A stretch of 64,000 nucleotides of DNA from Nitrospinales bacterium (GCA_965223795.1 CBDCXL010000002.1:1760001-1824000); one strand, 5' to 3'; counted from the first letter of the stretch, positions 10,313 to 21,711 are shown. Numbers and translations are program-made. The notes: generated by a model not told the origin, from the sequence alone.

Positions 10313-10684
10313 TCAATTGCCATTCAGACGGATCAGTTCGTTGAAACGGATGCGGGTTCCCGGGTACCCCTTTTGGAGGAGTATGTCGATGACCTGCTTG
10401 ATGGCTTTCACGTGGCGTTTTCTCGATTCTTCCCCGTCGAAATGCGGGTCCTCTTCCTCGATGGAGATCACGCCGGGAGCGACGTAGTTCAGGTAAAACG
10501 CGCCCAGCGGCCGGTCGTCCTGAACCGGACCATCCGTCGAGCCGCTGTTGACCACCACCATCGAGAGGTCGCCGCCGCCGGGATACACCTCAAAAAGCCC
10601 GCCATTGCGGACGGTGTTCGCACTGCAATATTCCAGGATGCGCATCACATCCTCATAGGGAACCGCTTTGTAAACCGCGTGCAT
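10313..10684 (-). CDS. hypothetical protein
   Basis: 123-aa ORF with protein-like composition, co-oriented with the DsrE-like gene. Confidence 0.65.
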   Translation of the reverse strand: MHAVYKAVPYEDVMRILEYCSANTVRNGGLFEVYPGGGDLSMVVVNSGSTDGPVQDDRPLGAFYLNYVAPGVISIEEEDPHFDGEESRKRHVKAIKQVIDILLQKGYPGTRIRFNELIRLNGN

Positions 10685-10768
10685 GCCTGTTTCCGAATGG
10701 ATTGATATCTTTCAAGTCTAGCAGAATCCGGAGGCCGCTTGTGATATTTTGATGTGCGGGTAAAGCGG

Positions 10769-10815
10769 TTCTTCCCCGCCTTAAAGGGACCTCCCTTTCT
10801 GGAAGGGCGGGAGAA
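10769..10815. repeat. intergenic inverted repeat (nested hairpin)
   Basis: TTCTTCCCCGCCTT...AGGGCGGGAGAA outer stem with inner AAAGGGA-CC-TCCCTTT, between divergent genes. Confidence 0.4.
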
Positions 10816-10880
10816 AACAGCCGGTTTTAGGCGAATTCCTCCATTCGGATTTTGCCTGAACAATGTTGGGAAAGGAAATC

Positions 10881-11495
10881 ATGCAAGACACGATCGAAGA
10901 ACTGATGGAAAAAATTCAGGTGCTTGAAAAAAGCCTGTGGTCCGAAATCCAGAAGAAGGAAAAGGAGTTTTACTACGAAATCAACCGCAAGAAAGTGCAA
11001 TTCGAACGCGAGGTGCGGGCGCAGCACAAGCTGCTGGTGGAAAAGATCCACCGTTATCTTTACCATTCGTCTGCACTGAACATCCTCACCGCTCCTGTGA
11101 TCTGGTTTTGCCTGATTCCGACGGTTTTCATGGATATTGCGGTCACGATTTACCAGACAGTCTGCTTTCCCGTGTACGGCATCCCCAAGGTGCGGCGCAG
11201 CGATTACGTGATCGTCGACCGCAACTACCTGGGCTATCTCAATTTCATCGAGAAGCTGAACTGCATGTACTGCGGCTATTTCAACGGGGTCGTGGCCTAT
11301 TTTCAGGAAGTGGGCGCGCGCACCGAACAGCACTGGTGCCCGATCAAGCACGCGCGCAAGTTGAAGGTGGTGCACAGCCGCTACAAAAACTTTCTCGATT
11401 ACGGCGACGGCGTCGGCTACCGGAAAAAATTCGCGACGGTACGCAGGCAGTTTGAGGATCTCAGCCCAAAAGCGGACCCACAGGATAAAGGTTGA
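10881..11495 (+). CDS. conserved hypothetical membrane-associated protein with Cys/His motifs
   Basis: ATG 10881 after AAGGA; coiled N-terminus, hydrophobic segment, [11 protein letters not shown] and [11 protein letters not shown]. Confidence 0.75.
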   Translation: MQDTIEELMEKIQVLEKSLWSEIQKKEKEFYYEINRKKVQFEREVRAQHKLLVEKIHRYLYHSSALNILTAPVIWFCLIPTVFMDIAVTIYQTVCFPVYGIPKVRRSDYVIVDRNYLGYLNFIEKLNCMYCGYFNGVVAYFQEVGARTEQHWCPIKHARKLKVVHSRYKNFLDYGDGVGYRKKFATVRRQFEDLSPKADPQDKG

Positions 11496-11608
11496 CTTCA
11501 AGCGGACTCCTCTGTTACACAGCAGGCATTCGCCTGCAATCATCGAACCTTTGCCCCGCAACGGCGGCGTCTTTGTGCGAGCGGCAAAGCGGGACTCGGA
11601 CCTCAATC

Positions 11609-12478
11609 ATGAACTTCCAGAACATCATTCTTGAGCTGCAGAATTACTGGGCGTCGAAAGGCTGCGCCATTCATCAGCCCTACGACATCGAGGTGGGGGC
11701 GGGGACTTTCAATCCCAGCACGTTTTTCCGGGTGCTGGGGCCGGAGCCCTACCGGGCGGCGTATGTGGAGCCGTCACGCCGGCCGACGGACGGCCGCTAC
11801 GGCGAGAACCCCAACCGCCTGCAGCATTATTACCAGTACCAGGTCATCATCAAGCCTTCGCTGGAGGACATCCAGGAGCAGTATCTCAACAGCCTGGCGG
11901 TTCTGGGGATCGATCCGTTGGCGCACGACATCCGCTTCGTGGAGGACGACTGGGAATCGCCGACGCTGGGAGCCTGGGGACTGGGGTGGGAGGTCTGGCT
12001 GGACGGCATGGAGATCACGCAGTTCACGTATTTCCAGCAGGTGGGCGGCATCGACCTCGATCCGATTTCCGTGGAGCTGACCTATGGACTGGAACGGATC
12101 GCCATGTATCTGCAGAACGTCGACAACGTGTACGATCTGAAATGGAACGAAACGATCCTGTACGGCGACGTGCACCTGGAAACGGAAAAACAATTCTCCC
12201 GTTATAATTTCGAGGAATCGAACAAGGACCGGCTGTTTCAGTGGTTCGACATGTACGAGCAGGAGGCGAAGGATCTGCTGGAAAAAGACCTGGTGCTGCC
12301 GGGGTACGATTACACGTTGAAATGCTCGCACGCGTTCAACCAGCTCGACGCCCGCGGAGCGATCAGCGTGACGGAGCGGACGGGTTTCATCGCGCGGGTG
12401 CGCAAACTGGCACGGCTTTGCGCGGAAGGATACGTGCGTCGACGCGAGGAAATGGAATTTCCTCTAGCTGCCCGCTGA
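11609..12478 (+). CDS. glyQ: glycine-tRNA ligase alpha subunit
   Basis: [65 protein letters not shown]. Confidence 0.98.
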   Translation: MNFQNIILELQNYWASKGCAIHQPYDIEVGAGTFNPSTFFRVLGPEPYRAAYVEPSRRPTDGRYGENPNRLQHYYQYQVIIKPSLEDIQEQYLNSLAVLGIDPLAHDIRFVEDDWESPTLGAWGLGWEVWLDGMEITQFTYFQQVGGIDLDPISVELTYGLERIAMYLQNVDNVYDLKWNETILYGDVHLETEKQFSRYNFEESNKDRLFQWFDMYEQEAKDLLEKDLVLPGYDYTLKCSHAFNQLDARGAISVTERTGFIARVRKLARLCAEGYVRRREEMEFPLAAR

Positions 12479-14905
12479 GGGTTCCTTGGGTTCTCCGGCT
12501 GCCGGGGCCGGGTCTTTCGGGGGATTGTCCTGCGTGGTCTTTGGCGGCTGGATCCAGCGCTTCAAGGCTTCCTCGATTTTGCTGCGCTCGGGATGGTTGA
12601 CTTCCTTGTAGATCGCCAGGGCTTTTTTCCCGGTCTGGGCGGCCTCTTCCTTGTTTTCCGATTTTTCCAGAGCCCGGCTGAGACTCCATAAAGCCTCGCC
12701 TTCCTTTCTGCGCTGGCCCAGGTTCTGAAACAGGGCCGCAGCCTGTTCGAAGCATTGGACCGCTTCGCCGAGCTTTTCCCACACCAGGTTGGCTTCTCCC
12801 ATCTGCACTTTGAGCTGCGCTTCGGAGATGGACTCTCCTTTTTCTGTGGCGAGCGCCAGAGCCGATTCGTAAAACGAGATGGCTTTTTTGGGTTTGCCGG
12901 TCTGCATCTGCGCGTCGCCCAGGTGCTGGTACAGCCGGATTTCACCCGGCTTGTCGCCGATCTTGCGGATCAGGTTCAGCGCTTCCTGGAACGACTCGAT
13001 GGCACTGTCGTGGTCGTTCAGGATGGTGTGCAGCTCGCCCAGATCTCCCAGCACGCGTCCCTGACGCCGCGTGTCCTCAAAGTCCCGGGCCAGCGCCAGC
13101 TCCTCATGATAATACTCCAGCGCCTTGAGGTTTTCCCCGACCTGGTGGTAGATCTGTCCCAGCCGCTGCAGCACGTTTTCCTCGTTCAGCTTGTTGTCGG
13201 ATTCCCGGATCAGGGTCAGCTCCTTCTCCAGCAGCTCGATGGCCTGATGCGGTTTGCCGAGCGCCAGGTAGGTCAACCCGAGGTGTCCCAGCGCCTCCCT
13301 TTCTCCCATTTCATCACCGGCTTCCCGGTAGCGGGACACGGCTTCTTCCAGTGCTTCGAGAGCGCGCTGGTGCTGGGTGAGTTTGTTGTACTGGCGGCCG
13401 ATTTCAAGCAGGTAGCGGGTGTGGGATTCTTCGTCCCCCTGGCGCTTTGACGATTGCACCGCGGCCTCGAACCAGCGGATGCACAGGGCGGGAGAATGCC
13501 TGAGCACAAGCAGCGGCGTTCCGGCCTCGGCGTAGGAGAGGCAGAGCTTGTCGGCCTCCGAATCCTTCTGGCTGAATTCCTCAGCCCAGGCCTGTCCGGC
13601 CTGTATGTTTTCCCATTCCATGTCGAACAGGCAGAGGCCGCGCAGCCGTTCTTTTCCTCCTGCATCGAACATGTCTTTTGCTGAGAGAAGCAGGGTCAGG
13701 TAGTACGTGGCCTGCCGTTTGCGCGCCAGGGTCATGGCCGATTTGTTGACACGCGGCGTGACAAACTTACGAACCAGGTCATGCATGAAATAGCGGTTGG
13801 ATTCTTTATCTGTCAGGATGAGACCGTTTAACAGCAGGAGTCCGAGATGTTCGTTGCTTTTGTCTTCGCAGATGAAGGATTCCGCCTTGGCATCGAAACG
13901 GTCTCGAAACAGGGTGGTTTTTTGCAAAACAGCGACGGTTTCCTCTGCCAGCTTCTCGTAGCTGATTTTGATCACCGCGTCGATGGGAGGCCTGGTTTTT
14001 TTTCCCGATGATCCTTTCGGGCCCTTGATTTCCCGGCGCAGGTTTTCCAGCAACGATCCCGGGTCCGAATGCGGATGAGCCGCAATGTAACGGGCCGCCA
14101 GGGTGAGAGCCAGCGGCTGGAATTCGGAGAGTTTCGCGATCTCGTTGCCCCAGTAGCCGATGCGCACGGAAATGCCCTGGATCAGGAGATTGGATTCGTC
14201 GGCGCTCAAAGGTCCGAGCTTGCGGGTCTCCAGACCGGGTGCGCCGAGAGCGCTGGCGGAGGTGATGATGAGCGCGCAATGCTTTGGCGGAGTCAGGTCT
14301 TTCAATGCGTCCTTGCCGGGCACGTTGTCGAGCAGCAGCGCGATTTTTTTGTTTTTCAAGACCTGTTTGTAAAGCCGGGTCCGTTCCCGATCGTTGACCG
14401 GAAGGATTTCGTTGGGCCGGAAATGATGGATGATGCGGGCTATCACCTCGCTGGGATCGACGGGATGCTGCGTTTCCCCGCGCATGTCAAAGTACAGTTG
14501 ATCGTCGCGGAACTTAGTGAACAGGCTGCGCGTGAAAGCCAGGGCCAGTGCGGTTTTGCCGATTCCGGACGGACCGCAGAGGCCAACCCTCAGAGGCGTG
14601 TTTTCGGACAGGGCATTGAGTTCCCTCAACTGGTTTTTTCTGCCGATGAATTCTTCGGGAAGGGTCGGGATCTTGTGGAGCTCCCCGACGGCGATGCGGC
14701 TGCTCACCGTTTTTTTCATGGCGCGCTCCAGTTCCTGTTTTCCTTGCGCGCTGGCTTCCGATTCGATGGCGGCGATCGAAGCGTCTTCATCCGGGGATTC
14801 CGCATTTTTTTCCCTGGAGTGTCCCTGGGACCCGGAACCCAAAAAGAATTTTACGGCCACCGCAATCGCGATGACGAGGATCAAAATCAGGATGGTTGTG
14901 GTCAC
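12464..14905 (-). CDS. membrane-anchored NB-ARC-like (STAND) NTPase with C-terminal TPR array
   Basis: N-terminal [28 protein letters not shown], Walker A GPSGIGKT, Walker [19 protein letters not shown]; about 7-8 TPR-like helical repeats. Confidence 0.82.
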   Translation of the reverse strand: MTTTILILILVIAIAVAVKFFLGSGSQGHSREKNAESPDEDASIAAIESEASAQGKQELERAMKKTVSSRIAVGELHKIPTLPEEFIGRKNQLRELNALSENTPLRVGLCGPSGIGKTALALAFTRSLFTKFRDDQLYFDMRGETQHPVDPSEVIARIIHHFRPNEILPVNDRERTRLYKQVLKNKKIALLLDNVPGKDALKDLTPPKHCALIITSASALGAPGLETRKLGPLSADESNLLIQGISVRIGYWGNEIAKLSEFQPLALTLAARYIAAHPHSDPGSLLENLRREIKGPKGSSGKKTRPPIDAVIKISYEKLAEETVAVLQKTTLFRDRFDAKAESFICEDKSNEHLGLLLLNGLILTDKESNRYFMHDLVRKFVTPRVNKSAMTLARKRQATYYLTLLLSAKDMFDAGGKERLRGLCLFDMEWENIQAGQAWAEEFSQKDSEADKLCLSYAEAGTPLLVLRHSPALCIRWFEAAVQSSKRQGDEESHTRYLLEIGRQYNKLTQHQRALEALEEAVSRYREAGDEMGEREALGHLGLTYLALGKPHQAIELLEKELTLIRESDNKLNEENVLQRLGQIYHQVGENLKALEYYHEELALARDFEDTRRQGRVLGDLGELHTILNDHDSAIESFQEALNLIRKIGDKPGEIRLYQHLGDAQMQTGKPKKAISFYESALALATEKGESISEAQLKVQMGEANLVWEKLGEAVQCFEQAAALFQNLGQRRKEGEALWSLSRALEKSENKEEAAQTGKKALAIYKEVNHPERSKIEEALKRWIQPPKTTQDNPPKDPAPAAGEPKEPSAGS

Positions 14906-15058
14906 GTTGGCGTGTTCCCTGAGATCAATGCATTGGGTGGGATGGACGTAGCAATGTGGTCCAGACGGCGGTGCCCGGTTCGGGACGCGAATATCATTAT
15001 ACCGTAGAATTCGGCCGCGGTGTGCGGTGGCGAGAAATAACCCGGTGCGGCGGTCTGG

Positions 15059-15087
15059 TTGACTTTGCAGGGTGGGTTTGTTATATC
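15059..15087 (+). promoter_or_regulatory. sigma70-type promoter of glyS
   Basis: TTGACT-17 nt-TATATC with TG extended -10. Confidence 0.5.
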
Positions 15088-15189
15088 CCCCTTTCTATAC
15101 GATCTTATTCTTCCGGTTCCGGTTACAGGGTCCGGACTTCCTGGTTTTTCAGCCTCCCGTCGCTTGAGGACGGGAGGCCATGTGTTTTC

Positions 15190-17262
15190 ATGCCCCAATT
15201 TTTTCTGGAAATCGGCGCTGAGGAAATTCCCGCGGGCTACATCGAACCCGCTCTGCGCTACCTGGACCAAACACTCACGGCGTTTTTTTCGAAGAATCGA
15301 ATCGGTTCCGGAGCGTGCAGAACCTTTGGGACGCCGCGGCGGCTCACGGTCGCCTTTGCGGAGGTGGCTGCGAGGCAGGAGGACGTGGTGGAAACCCATC
15401 TCGGCCCCAATGTCAAGGCGGCCTACGACGCCCAGGGCCAGCCCACCAAGGCGGCTTTAGGATTCGCGCGGGGCAAGGGCATCGATGTGGCGCAGCTCAC
15501 CCGCGAGACGACGCCCAAGGGGGAAGTGATCTGTGCGCGTGTCGAGAATAAAGGACGCGCCACCGAGACCATCCTCAATGAAGTGCTGCCCGGTTTCATT
15601 GAAGCCATCCCGTTTCCCAAAAAAATGCGCTGGGAAAGCAAGCCTCTCGCATTCGCCCGGCCGATTCACTGGATCGTCGCGCTGTTCGGCGGAAACGTCC
15701 TGAGTTTTGAGTTCGACGGCATCGCCTGCGGCGACCGGTCGCGCGGCCACCGTTTTTTAAAGCCCGATTCCTTTGCAGTGCGTTCGCTGGATTCTTATTT
15801 GAAAGACAGCGCGGCGCATTTTCTGGTGGTGGATGCGGACGAACGCAGGAAATGGATCGCAGATGAGGTGCGCGCCCTGGCTCAGGAGGTGGGGGGCGAT
15901 GTGGAAGAGGATGCGAAGCTGCTCGATGTGGTGACGCACCTTGTGGAGTATCCGGTGGCGATCCGCGGCGATTTCGACCCGGATTACCTGATGCTGCCCA
16001 AGGAACTCCTGGAAATGACGATGAAGCACCATCAAAAGTATTTTCCCCTTGTCGGAAAAGACGGAACGCTGATGCCGCATTTCATCACGATCAGCAACAT
16101 GAAAGCTGAAAATCCCGGCGCCATCAAGCGGGGCAACGAGCGCGTTCTCAAGGCGCGGCTGGAGGATGCGCGGTTTTTCTTCGAGGAAGACCGCAAGCGG
16201 AAACTCGAAGAGTTCGTCGACGAACTCAAAGGCGTGGTGTTTCAGAAAGCGCTGGGCACTTCCTACGAGAAAGTGACCCGTTTCGCGGCGCTGTCCCGCA
16301 CGCTCGCCAAGACGGTCTGCCCGGCCAAGGAGGCAAAAGCGGCCCGCTGCGCCCTATTGAGCAAGGCGGATCTGGTGAGCCAGATGGTGTACGAGTTTCC
16401 GGAACTGCAGGGCATCATGGGCGGCTATTACGCGGCGCATTCGGGAGAAGAAGCGGAGGTGGCGGCCGCCATCAAGGAGCACTACCGTCCGGCGTTTTCC
16501 GGCGACCGCATGCCGGAAACCGAAACGGGCGCCGTGGTCGCCATCGCCGACAAGCTCGACACCATCCTGGGCTGCATCGGCGTCGGGCTGTTGCCTTCGG
16601 GATCGGAAGATCCGTATGGTCTCAGGCGTCATTCGCTGGGGATCATTCAGATCGTGCTCGACAAGGGCTGGCAGTTTTCCTTAAACGCCCTGATCGACGC
16701 GGGCATCGGGCAGCTTGAAGGCAAAATCAAGCTCGAGCCGCAAGCGATCCGGGGACACACGCTGGATCTTTTTTCCCAGCGCTACAAAACCCTGCTCAAC
16801 GACGAAGGATTTCCTTACGATGCGATCGATGCGGTTTTGTCGACCGGCATTGATTCCCTTTTGGATGTGAAGGAGAAAGTCGCCGCGTTTTCGGATTTGA
16901 AGCAGCAGCCCTACTTCGAACCTCTGGCCATCGCGTTCCGCCGCGTGGTGAGCATTCTGAATGAAGAGGCGCCGGGCGAGGTGGACACGGACGTTCTCAA
17001 GGAAGCCGCCGAGAAAGAGTTGTACGACCAATACCTGAACATCAAAGATCCGGTGCGCGAACACATCCGCAACAAGGAGTTTTCCCAGGCGCTGGCCCGC
17101 ATTGTCGAGATCAAGGATGCGGTCGATGCTTTTTTCGATCAGGTGATGGTCATGGTGAAGGACGATGCCGTGCGTAAAAACCGGCTGCACCTCTTGTTTT
17201 CGATCTCCCGTTTGTTTTCCGAACTGGCTGATTTTTCAAAGATTGTCGTCAAAAAGGGTTGA
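15190..17262 (+). CDS. glyS: glycine-tRNA ligase beta subunit
   Basis: MPQFFLEIGAEEIP, TPRRL, FARPIHWIVAL, EFPELQGIMG, GSEDPYGLRR, NRLHLL. Confidence 0.97.
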   Translation: MPQFFLEIGAEEIPAGYIEPALRYLDQTLTAFFSKNRIGSGACRTFGTPRRLTVAFAEVAARQEDVVETHLGPNVKAAYDAQGQPTKAALGFARGKGIDVAQLTRETTPKGEVICARVENKGRATETILNEVLPGFIEAIPFPKKMRWESKPLAFARPIHWIVALFGGNVLSFEFDGIACGDRSRGHRFLKPDSFAVRSLDSYLKDSAAHFLVVDADERRKWIADEVRALAQEVGGDVEEDAKLLDVVTHLVEYPVAIRGDFDPDYLMLPKELLEMTMKHHQKYFPLVGKDGTLMPHFITISNMKAENPGAIKRGNERVLKARLEDARFFFEEDRKRKLEEFVDELKGVVFQKALGTSYEKVTRFAALSRTLAKTVCPAKEAKAARCALLSKADLVSQMVYEFPELQGIMGGYYAAHSGEEAEVAAAIKEHYRPAFSGDRMPETETGAVVAIADKLDTILGCIGVGLLPSGSEDPYGLRRHSLGIIQIVLDKGWQFSLNALIDAGIGQLEGKIKLEPQAIRGHTLDLFSQRYKTLLNDEGFPYDAIDAVLSTGIDSLLDVKEKVAAFSDLKQQPYFEPLAIAFRRVVSILNEEAPGEVDTDVLKEAAEKELYDQYLNIKDPVREHIRNKEFSQALARIVEIKDAVDAFFDQVMVMVKDDAVRKNRLHLLFSISRLFSELADFSKIVVKKG

Positions 17263-17361
17263 AAAGCCCTTGGGCTTCGGATACCCTAGCTCGCGATCCC
17301 GTTTCACCGACTTGACCTAAGCCCTTTATTTTTGGGGTATTCCGGTAAAACTTTGAAACAC

Positions 17362-19989
17362 ATGGAAAAGAAGTACGTCTATTTCTTCGGCAACGACGGC
17401 ACCGAAGGCAACGCGGAAATGAGGGACATGTTGGGCGGCAAAGGCGCCAATCTCGCGGAGATGGCGTCTCTGGGCATCCGGGTGCCTCCAGGCTTCACGA
17501 TCTCCACGGAAGCCTGTATTCAGTATTTCAAACAGGGCAACCGCATTCCCGAAGAGGTCTGGAATGAGGTCCTGAATCATCTCAAGAAACTCGAAGAAAC
17601 CCTGGGAAAGACGTTCGGCGACCGGACCAATCCCCTGCTGGTTTCCGTCCGTTCGGGAGCGCGGGTGTCCATGCCGGGAATGATGGACACGGTTCTCAAC
17701 CTGGGTCTCAATCAGGATTCGGTGCAGGCGCTTGCGGAGCAGACTCAGGATGAGCGTTTCGCGCTCGATTGTTACCGCCGCTTCATCACCATGTTCGGCG
17801 ACGTGGTTCTCGGCATCGAGTCGGAAAAATTCGAAGCGGTTCTCTCCAGGAAAAAGGATCAGAAGGACATCCAGTTCGACACCGAACTCACCGTCGCCGA
17901 CCTCAAGTCGATCATCAAGCAGTACAAGAGTCTGGTCCTCAAATCCCACGGCGAAGCGTTTCCCATCGATCCGATGCAGCAGCTGGAAATGGCGGTCGAA
18001 GCGGTGTTCAATTCCTGGAACACCCCAAGGGCCATCACCTACCGCAAGCTGAACCGAATCCCGCACGACTGGGGCACCGCTGTGACCGTGCAGGCCATGG
18101 TGTTCGGCAATATGGGGGACACCTCGGCGACGGGTGTGGCGTTCACACGCAATCCGGCCACGGGTGAGAAGAAGTTTTACGGCGAGTACATGATCAACGC
18201 CCAGGGTGAGGACGTGGTGGCCGGCATCCGCACCCCCAACCCGATCTACCAGCTTGAGAAGGAAATGCCCGAAGTTTACGAGGCGCTCGAGACGGTGTAC
18301 CAGAAACTGGAGAACCACTACCGGGACATGCAGGATCTTGAGTTCACCATCGAAAACCAGAACCTCTATCTTTTGCAGACCCGATCGGGCAAGCGCACGG
18401 CCGAAGCGGCGATCAAGATCGCCATGGATATGGTGAGCGAAGGGCTCATCAGCAAACACGAAGCGTTGATGCGGGTGCAGGCGGAACAGCTGGATCAGAT
18501 TTTTCATCCTATGATCGATCCCAAAGCCAAGATCAAGGTGCTGGCGAAAGGACTGGGAGCGTCTCCGGGGGCGGCCTCGGGCAAGATTGTGTTCACCCCC
18601 GAGCACGCGCAATCGATGGCGGAAAATAAAGAACGGGTCATCCTGGTGCGTGCGGAGACCTCTCCCGAAGACATCCACGGGATGAGCGTTTCCCAGGGCA
18701 TCCTCACGGCTAAAGGCGGCATGACGTCCCACGCCGCGGTGGTCGCGCGGGCCATGGGCAAGCCCTGTGTGTCCGGCTGCTCGGAACTCAATGTGGAGAT
18801 GAAAAAAAAGCGCTGCACGTTGAACGGCGTGCAGCTCAATGAATTCGACGCCATCACGCTGGACGGGACGACGGGCAAGGTGATATTGGGGGCGGTTCCA
18901 CTGAGCCAGCCGAAGCTGACGAGCAATTTCACGCGCCTGATGAACTGGGCCGGGGAGGTGCGGGAGCTGAAGATCCGCGCCAACGCGGACACGCCGCACG
19001 ATGCGCTGGTGGCGCGGGAGTTCGGGGCGCAGGGGATCGGTCTGTGCCGCACGGAGCACATGTTCTTCGATGAAGAGCGCATTCTGCTGATGCGGAAAAT
19101 GATCATCTCGGAGAATCCGAAGACCCGCACCGATGCGCTTAAAAAACTGCTGCCGATTCAGCGCAGCGACTTCACGGAAATTTTCAAGGCCATGGAAGGG
19201 CTGCCGGTGACCATTCGGCTGCTCGACCCGCCGCTGCACGAGTTTCTTCCCAACTCCCCCAAAGAAGTCAAAAGCCTGGCCGCGAGAATGAAGGTGACGC
19301 AGGCTGCGCTCAACAAAAAAATCGAGTCCATGAAGGAAGTCAACCCGATGCTGGGGCTTCGCGGCTGCCGGCTGGGAATCGTCTTTCCTGAGATTTATCA
19401 GATGCAGGCGCGGGCGATCGCGGAAGCGGCGTGCAAGCTGGCGCACAAGGGCATCGATGTGTACCCGGAGATCATGATCCCTCTCGTCGGACACGTCAAC
19501 GAGTTTTGTGCCGTGCGTACCTCGATCGAAGAGGTGGTGCAAAATGTGATCGAAAAGGCGGACGTGGAGCTGCCTTATAAGATCGGCACCATGATCGAGC
19601 TGCCGCGGGCGGCGCTCACCGCCGATGAAATCGGCAGGGAAGCGGATTTTTTCTCCTTCGGCACCAACGACCTGACGCAGACCGGCCTGGGTTTGAGCCG
19701 CGATGATGCGGGAAATTTCCTTCCCGATTATCTGGATCAGGGCGTGTTCGAGGAAGATCCCTTCGTTTCCATCGACCAGGCCGGGCTGGGTAAACTGGTG
19801 CGGATGGGGGCCGAGCAGGGCCGGTCCGTCAATCCCAAGCTGCATCTGGGCGTGTGCGGCGAGCATGGCGGCGATCCTGCCTCGATCGACTTTTTTCACA
19901 CCCTGGGGCTGGATTATGTCAGTTGTTCTCCTTTCCGGGTGCCCACCGCGATCCTGGCGGCGGCTCAGGCGGCCATCCGAAACCGTTGA
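17362..19989 (+). CDS. ppdK: pyruvate, phosphate dikinase
   Basis: LGGKGANLAEM, SVRSGARVSMPGMMDTVLNLG, GGMTSHAAVVAR (phospho-His), GLCRTEHMFF, SFGTNDLTQ, CGEHGG. Confidence 0.98.
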   Translation: MEKKYVYFFGNDGTEGNAEMRDMLGGKGANLAEMASLGIRVPPGFTISTEACIQYFKQGNRIPEEVWNEVLNHLKKLEETLGKTFGDRTNPLLVSVRSGARVSMPGMMDTVLNLGLNQDSVQALAEQTQDERFALDCYRRFITMFGDVVLGIESEKFEAVLSRKKDQKDIQFDTELTVADLKSIIKQYKSLVLKSHGEAFPIDPMQQLEMAVEAVFNSWNTPRAITYRKLNRIPHDWGTAVTVQAMVFGNMGDTSATGVAFTRNPATGEKKFYGEYMINAQGEDVVAGIRTPNPIYQLEKEMPEVYEALETVYQKLENHYRDMQDLEFTIENQNLYLLQTRSGKRTAEAAIKIAMDMVSEGLISKHEALMRVQAEQLDQIFHPMIDPKAKIKVLAKGLGASPGAASGKIVFTPEHAQSMAENKERVILVRAETSPEDIHGMSVSQGILTAKGGMTSHAAVVARAMGKPCVSGCSELNVEMKKKRCTLNGVQLNEFDAITLDGTTGKVILGAVPLSQPKLTSNFTRLMNWAGEVRELKIRANADTPHDALVAREFGAQGIGLCRTEHMFFDEERILLMRKMIISENPKTRTDALKKLLPIQRSDFTEIFKAMEGLPVTIRLLDPPLHEFLPNSPKEVKSLAARMKVTQAALNKKIESMKEVNPMLGLRGCRLGIVFPEIYQMQARAIAEAACKLAHKGIDVYPEIMIPLVGHVNEFCAVRTSIEEVVQNVIEKADVELPYKIGTMIELPRAALTADEIGREADFFSFGTNDLTQTGLGLSRDDAGNFLPDYLDQGVFEEDPFVSIDQAGLGKLVRMGAEQGRSVNPKLHLGVCGEHGGDPASIDFFHTLGLDYVSCSPFRVPTAILAAAQAAIRNR

Positions 19990-20075
19990 GCGCGTTTGCA
20001 GAGGCAATTGAAACGCAGGTTCCGTTCCCAGGTGAAAGTGTTGTTTTTGATTTCATCCTGCCTCAAAAATGTGGG

Positions 20076-20104
20076 TTGACTTCGATGGCCGGGGTTTCGA
20101 TAAT
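20076..20104 (+). promoter_or_regulatory. sigma70-type promoter upstream of the epimerase/decarboxylase cluster
   Basis: TTGACT-17 nt-GATAAT. Confidence 0.55.
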
Positions 20105-20262
20105 GTTGAATTCTATGTTTTATTTCAAAAGGATCGTCTCCCACCGTTAACGGGCCGGCAGGGGCTGGACCGCAAGAGGACGGGGAGATCATGAGGTTGC
20201 GGCATGAGTGCAGGGGCGGCAGCGACCGGCGGGCCCATTGCGCTTGTCGAGAGAGATAGAAA

Positions 20263-21195
20263 ATGAATATTGCACTCACAGGGATCACCGGAATGGTGGG
20301 GTCCCATCTGATCAAACGGCTGTCCGAGGGCGACGGGGATAAGCCCAAAGTGCGGGCGCTGATTCGCGAAGGCAGCGTGGTCGAACATCTGAAACCGTTT
20401 GAAGATGTCGACTACGTGATCGGCGGACTGGAAGACAAGGAGTCCCTCAAAAATCTGGTGGAGGACGCCGACTGCGTCATTCACCTCGCCCATTTTCCCG
20501 GTCCGGTGCAGACAGCGGACGAACTGGTGCGGGCGAACGTCAACGGCACGTTCGATCTTCTCGAAGAAGCCAAAAAAGCCAAGGTCAAGCAGTTCGTCTT
20601 CATGAGCGCCTGCGCGATCTTCGGTCAGGTGCTGCCCACGGTCGATGAAGAGCATCCCATGGATGAATCCCACCCGGTGCATCCGAGCAGCCTGTACGGT
20701 GCGATCAAGTCGTCGATCGAAAGCTTCTGTTTCTCGTATTACAAGAGCCGTGCGTTCGACATCACCATTCTGCGGCCGGTGACCATCTACGGCGTCCGGC
20801 CGGATATCGACAAGTCGGAGTGGTTCAAGACGATCGACTTTCTCGCCACCAACTACAATGTGGATGTGAAAGGCAGCACCAAGTATGTGTCGGTCGATGC
20901 GGTCTGCCAGGCTCTGGAAAAAGTCATCGGCAACGCGGATACGGCCGGAAAGATCTATCACCTGGTGGACGGGCACATCCACAATATGGAACTGGGCAAG
21001 ATGATCGCAGAAACCATCGATTCCTTCGGTGAAGTCGAAGGCATCATGGGAGAAAAGGGCGTGCCCATGTCCAACCAGGCGGCGAAGGATCTGGGCGTCG
21101 AGTTCAAGGGCAAGGAAGGCATCGTCGAATACATCAAGCTCATCCACGACCTGCAAATGAAATACGGTGGCGAACGCAGCGTCGAAAACTGGTGA
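20263..21195 (+). CDS. NAD-dependent epimerase/dehydratase (extended SDR)
   Basis: TGITGMVG Rossmann motif, VIHLA, NVNGT, catalytic YGAIK, LRPVTIYG. Confidence 0.9.
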   Translation: MNIALTGITGMVGSHLIKRLSEGDGDKPKVRALIREGSVVEHLKPFEDVDYVIGGLEDKESLKNLVEDADCVIHLAHFPGPVQTADELVRANVNGTFDLLEEAKKAKVKQFVFMSACAIFGQVLPTVDEEHPMDESHPVHPSSLYGAIKSSIESFCFSYYKSRAFDITILRPVTIYGVRPDIDKSEWFKTIDFLATNYNVDVKGSTKYVSVDAVCQALEKVIGNADTAGKIYHLVDGHIHNMELGKMIAETIDSFGEVEGIMGEKGVPMSNQAAKDLGVEFKGKEGIVEYIKLIHDLQMKYGGERSVENW

Positions 21196-21213
21196 CGCGC
21201 CGGCCGTCCTTCT

Positions 21214-21711
21214 ATGATTTCATCCAAACAATTCGTTGACCGGTTGTCCGCTGAGGGATTCCGGTTTTATGCGGGCGTTCCCTGTTCCCTGCTCTCCGGT
21301 CTGATCGCCAGTCTGGAGAATACGCCGGAGATTTCCTACCTGCCTGCCGTGCGGGAGGACGCCGCCGTGGGGCTGTGCGCCGGGGCCTACATGGCGGGGA
21401 GCAAACCCGTGCTGCTGATGCAGAACTCGGGTCTCGGATACAGCCTCAACGCGTTCACGTCTTTAAACCTCATCTACAAAATTCCCACGCTGGTGATCAT
21501 GAGCTGGCGCGGGTTCGGCGGCAAGGACGCTCCCGAGCACATCATCATGGGAGCCATCAACGAGGACCTGCTCAGAACCGCCGGCATGGAGTACAGCATC
21601 CTCACGCAGGATAACTGCGACGCCGTGCTGGACAAGGCGTTCGCCTGCATCCAGAAAGAGCTGCCCTACACCATTCTGGTGAAGAAAGGTCTGTTCGATG
21701 AAAAGCACTGA
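21214..21711 (+). CDS. comD: ThDP-dependent sulfopyruvate/phosphonopyruvate decarboxylase, alpha subunit
   Basis: GVPCSLL, REDAAVGLCAG, MQNSGLG, SWRG, PEH; substrate cannot be decided from sequence. Confidence 0.75.
   Translation: MISSKQFVDRLSAEGFRFYAGVPCSLLSGLIASLENTPEISYLPAVREDAAVGLCAGAYMAGSKPVLLMQNSGLGYSLNAFTSLNLIYKIPTLVIMSWRGFGGKDAPEHIIMGAINEDLLRTAGMEYSILTQDNCDAVLDKAFACIQKELPYTILVKKGLFDEKH

Noticed and set aside
15088..15189. T-box or glycine riboswitch before glyS or glyQ
   Set aside because: No T-box sequence or terminator/antiterminator recognised
17326..20007. 893-aa ORF antisense to ppdK (similar long shadows lie opposite fabF, pilQ, pilX, the MBL/ARH genes and the DUF2723 gene)
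   Set aside because: Mirrors a well-supported gene codon for codon; expected from GC-biased codon usage; no recognisable motifs
20132..20190. Possible riboswitch in the epimerase leader (TCTCCC/GGGAGA stem)
   Set aside because: No known aptamer consensus or expression platform; stems plausible by chance at this GC
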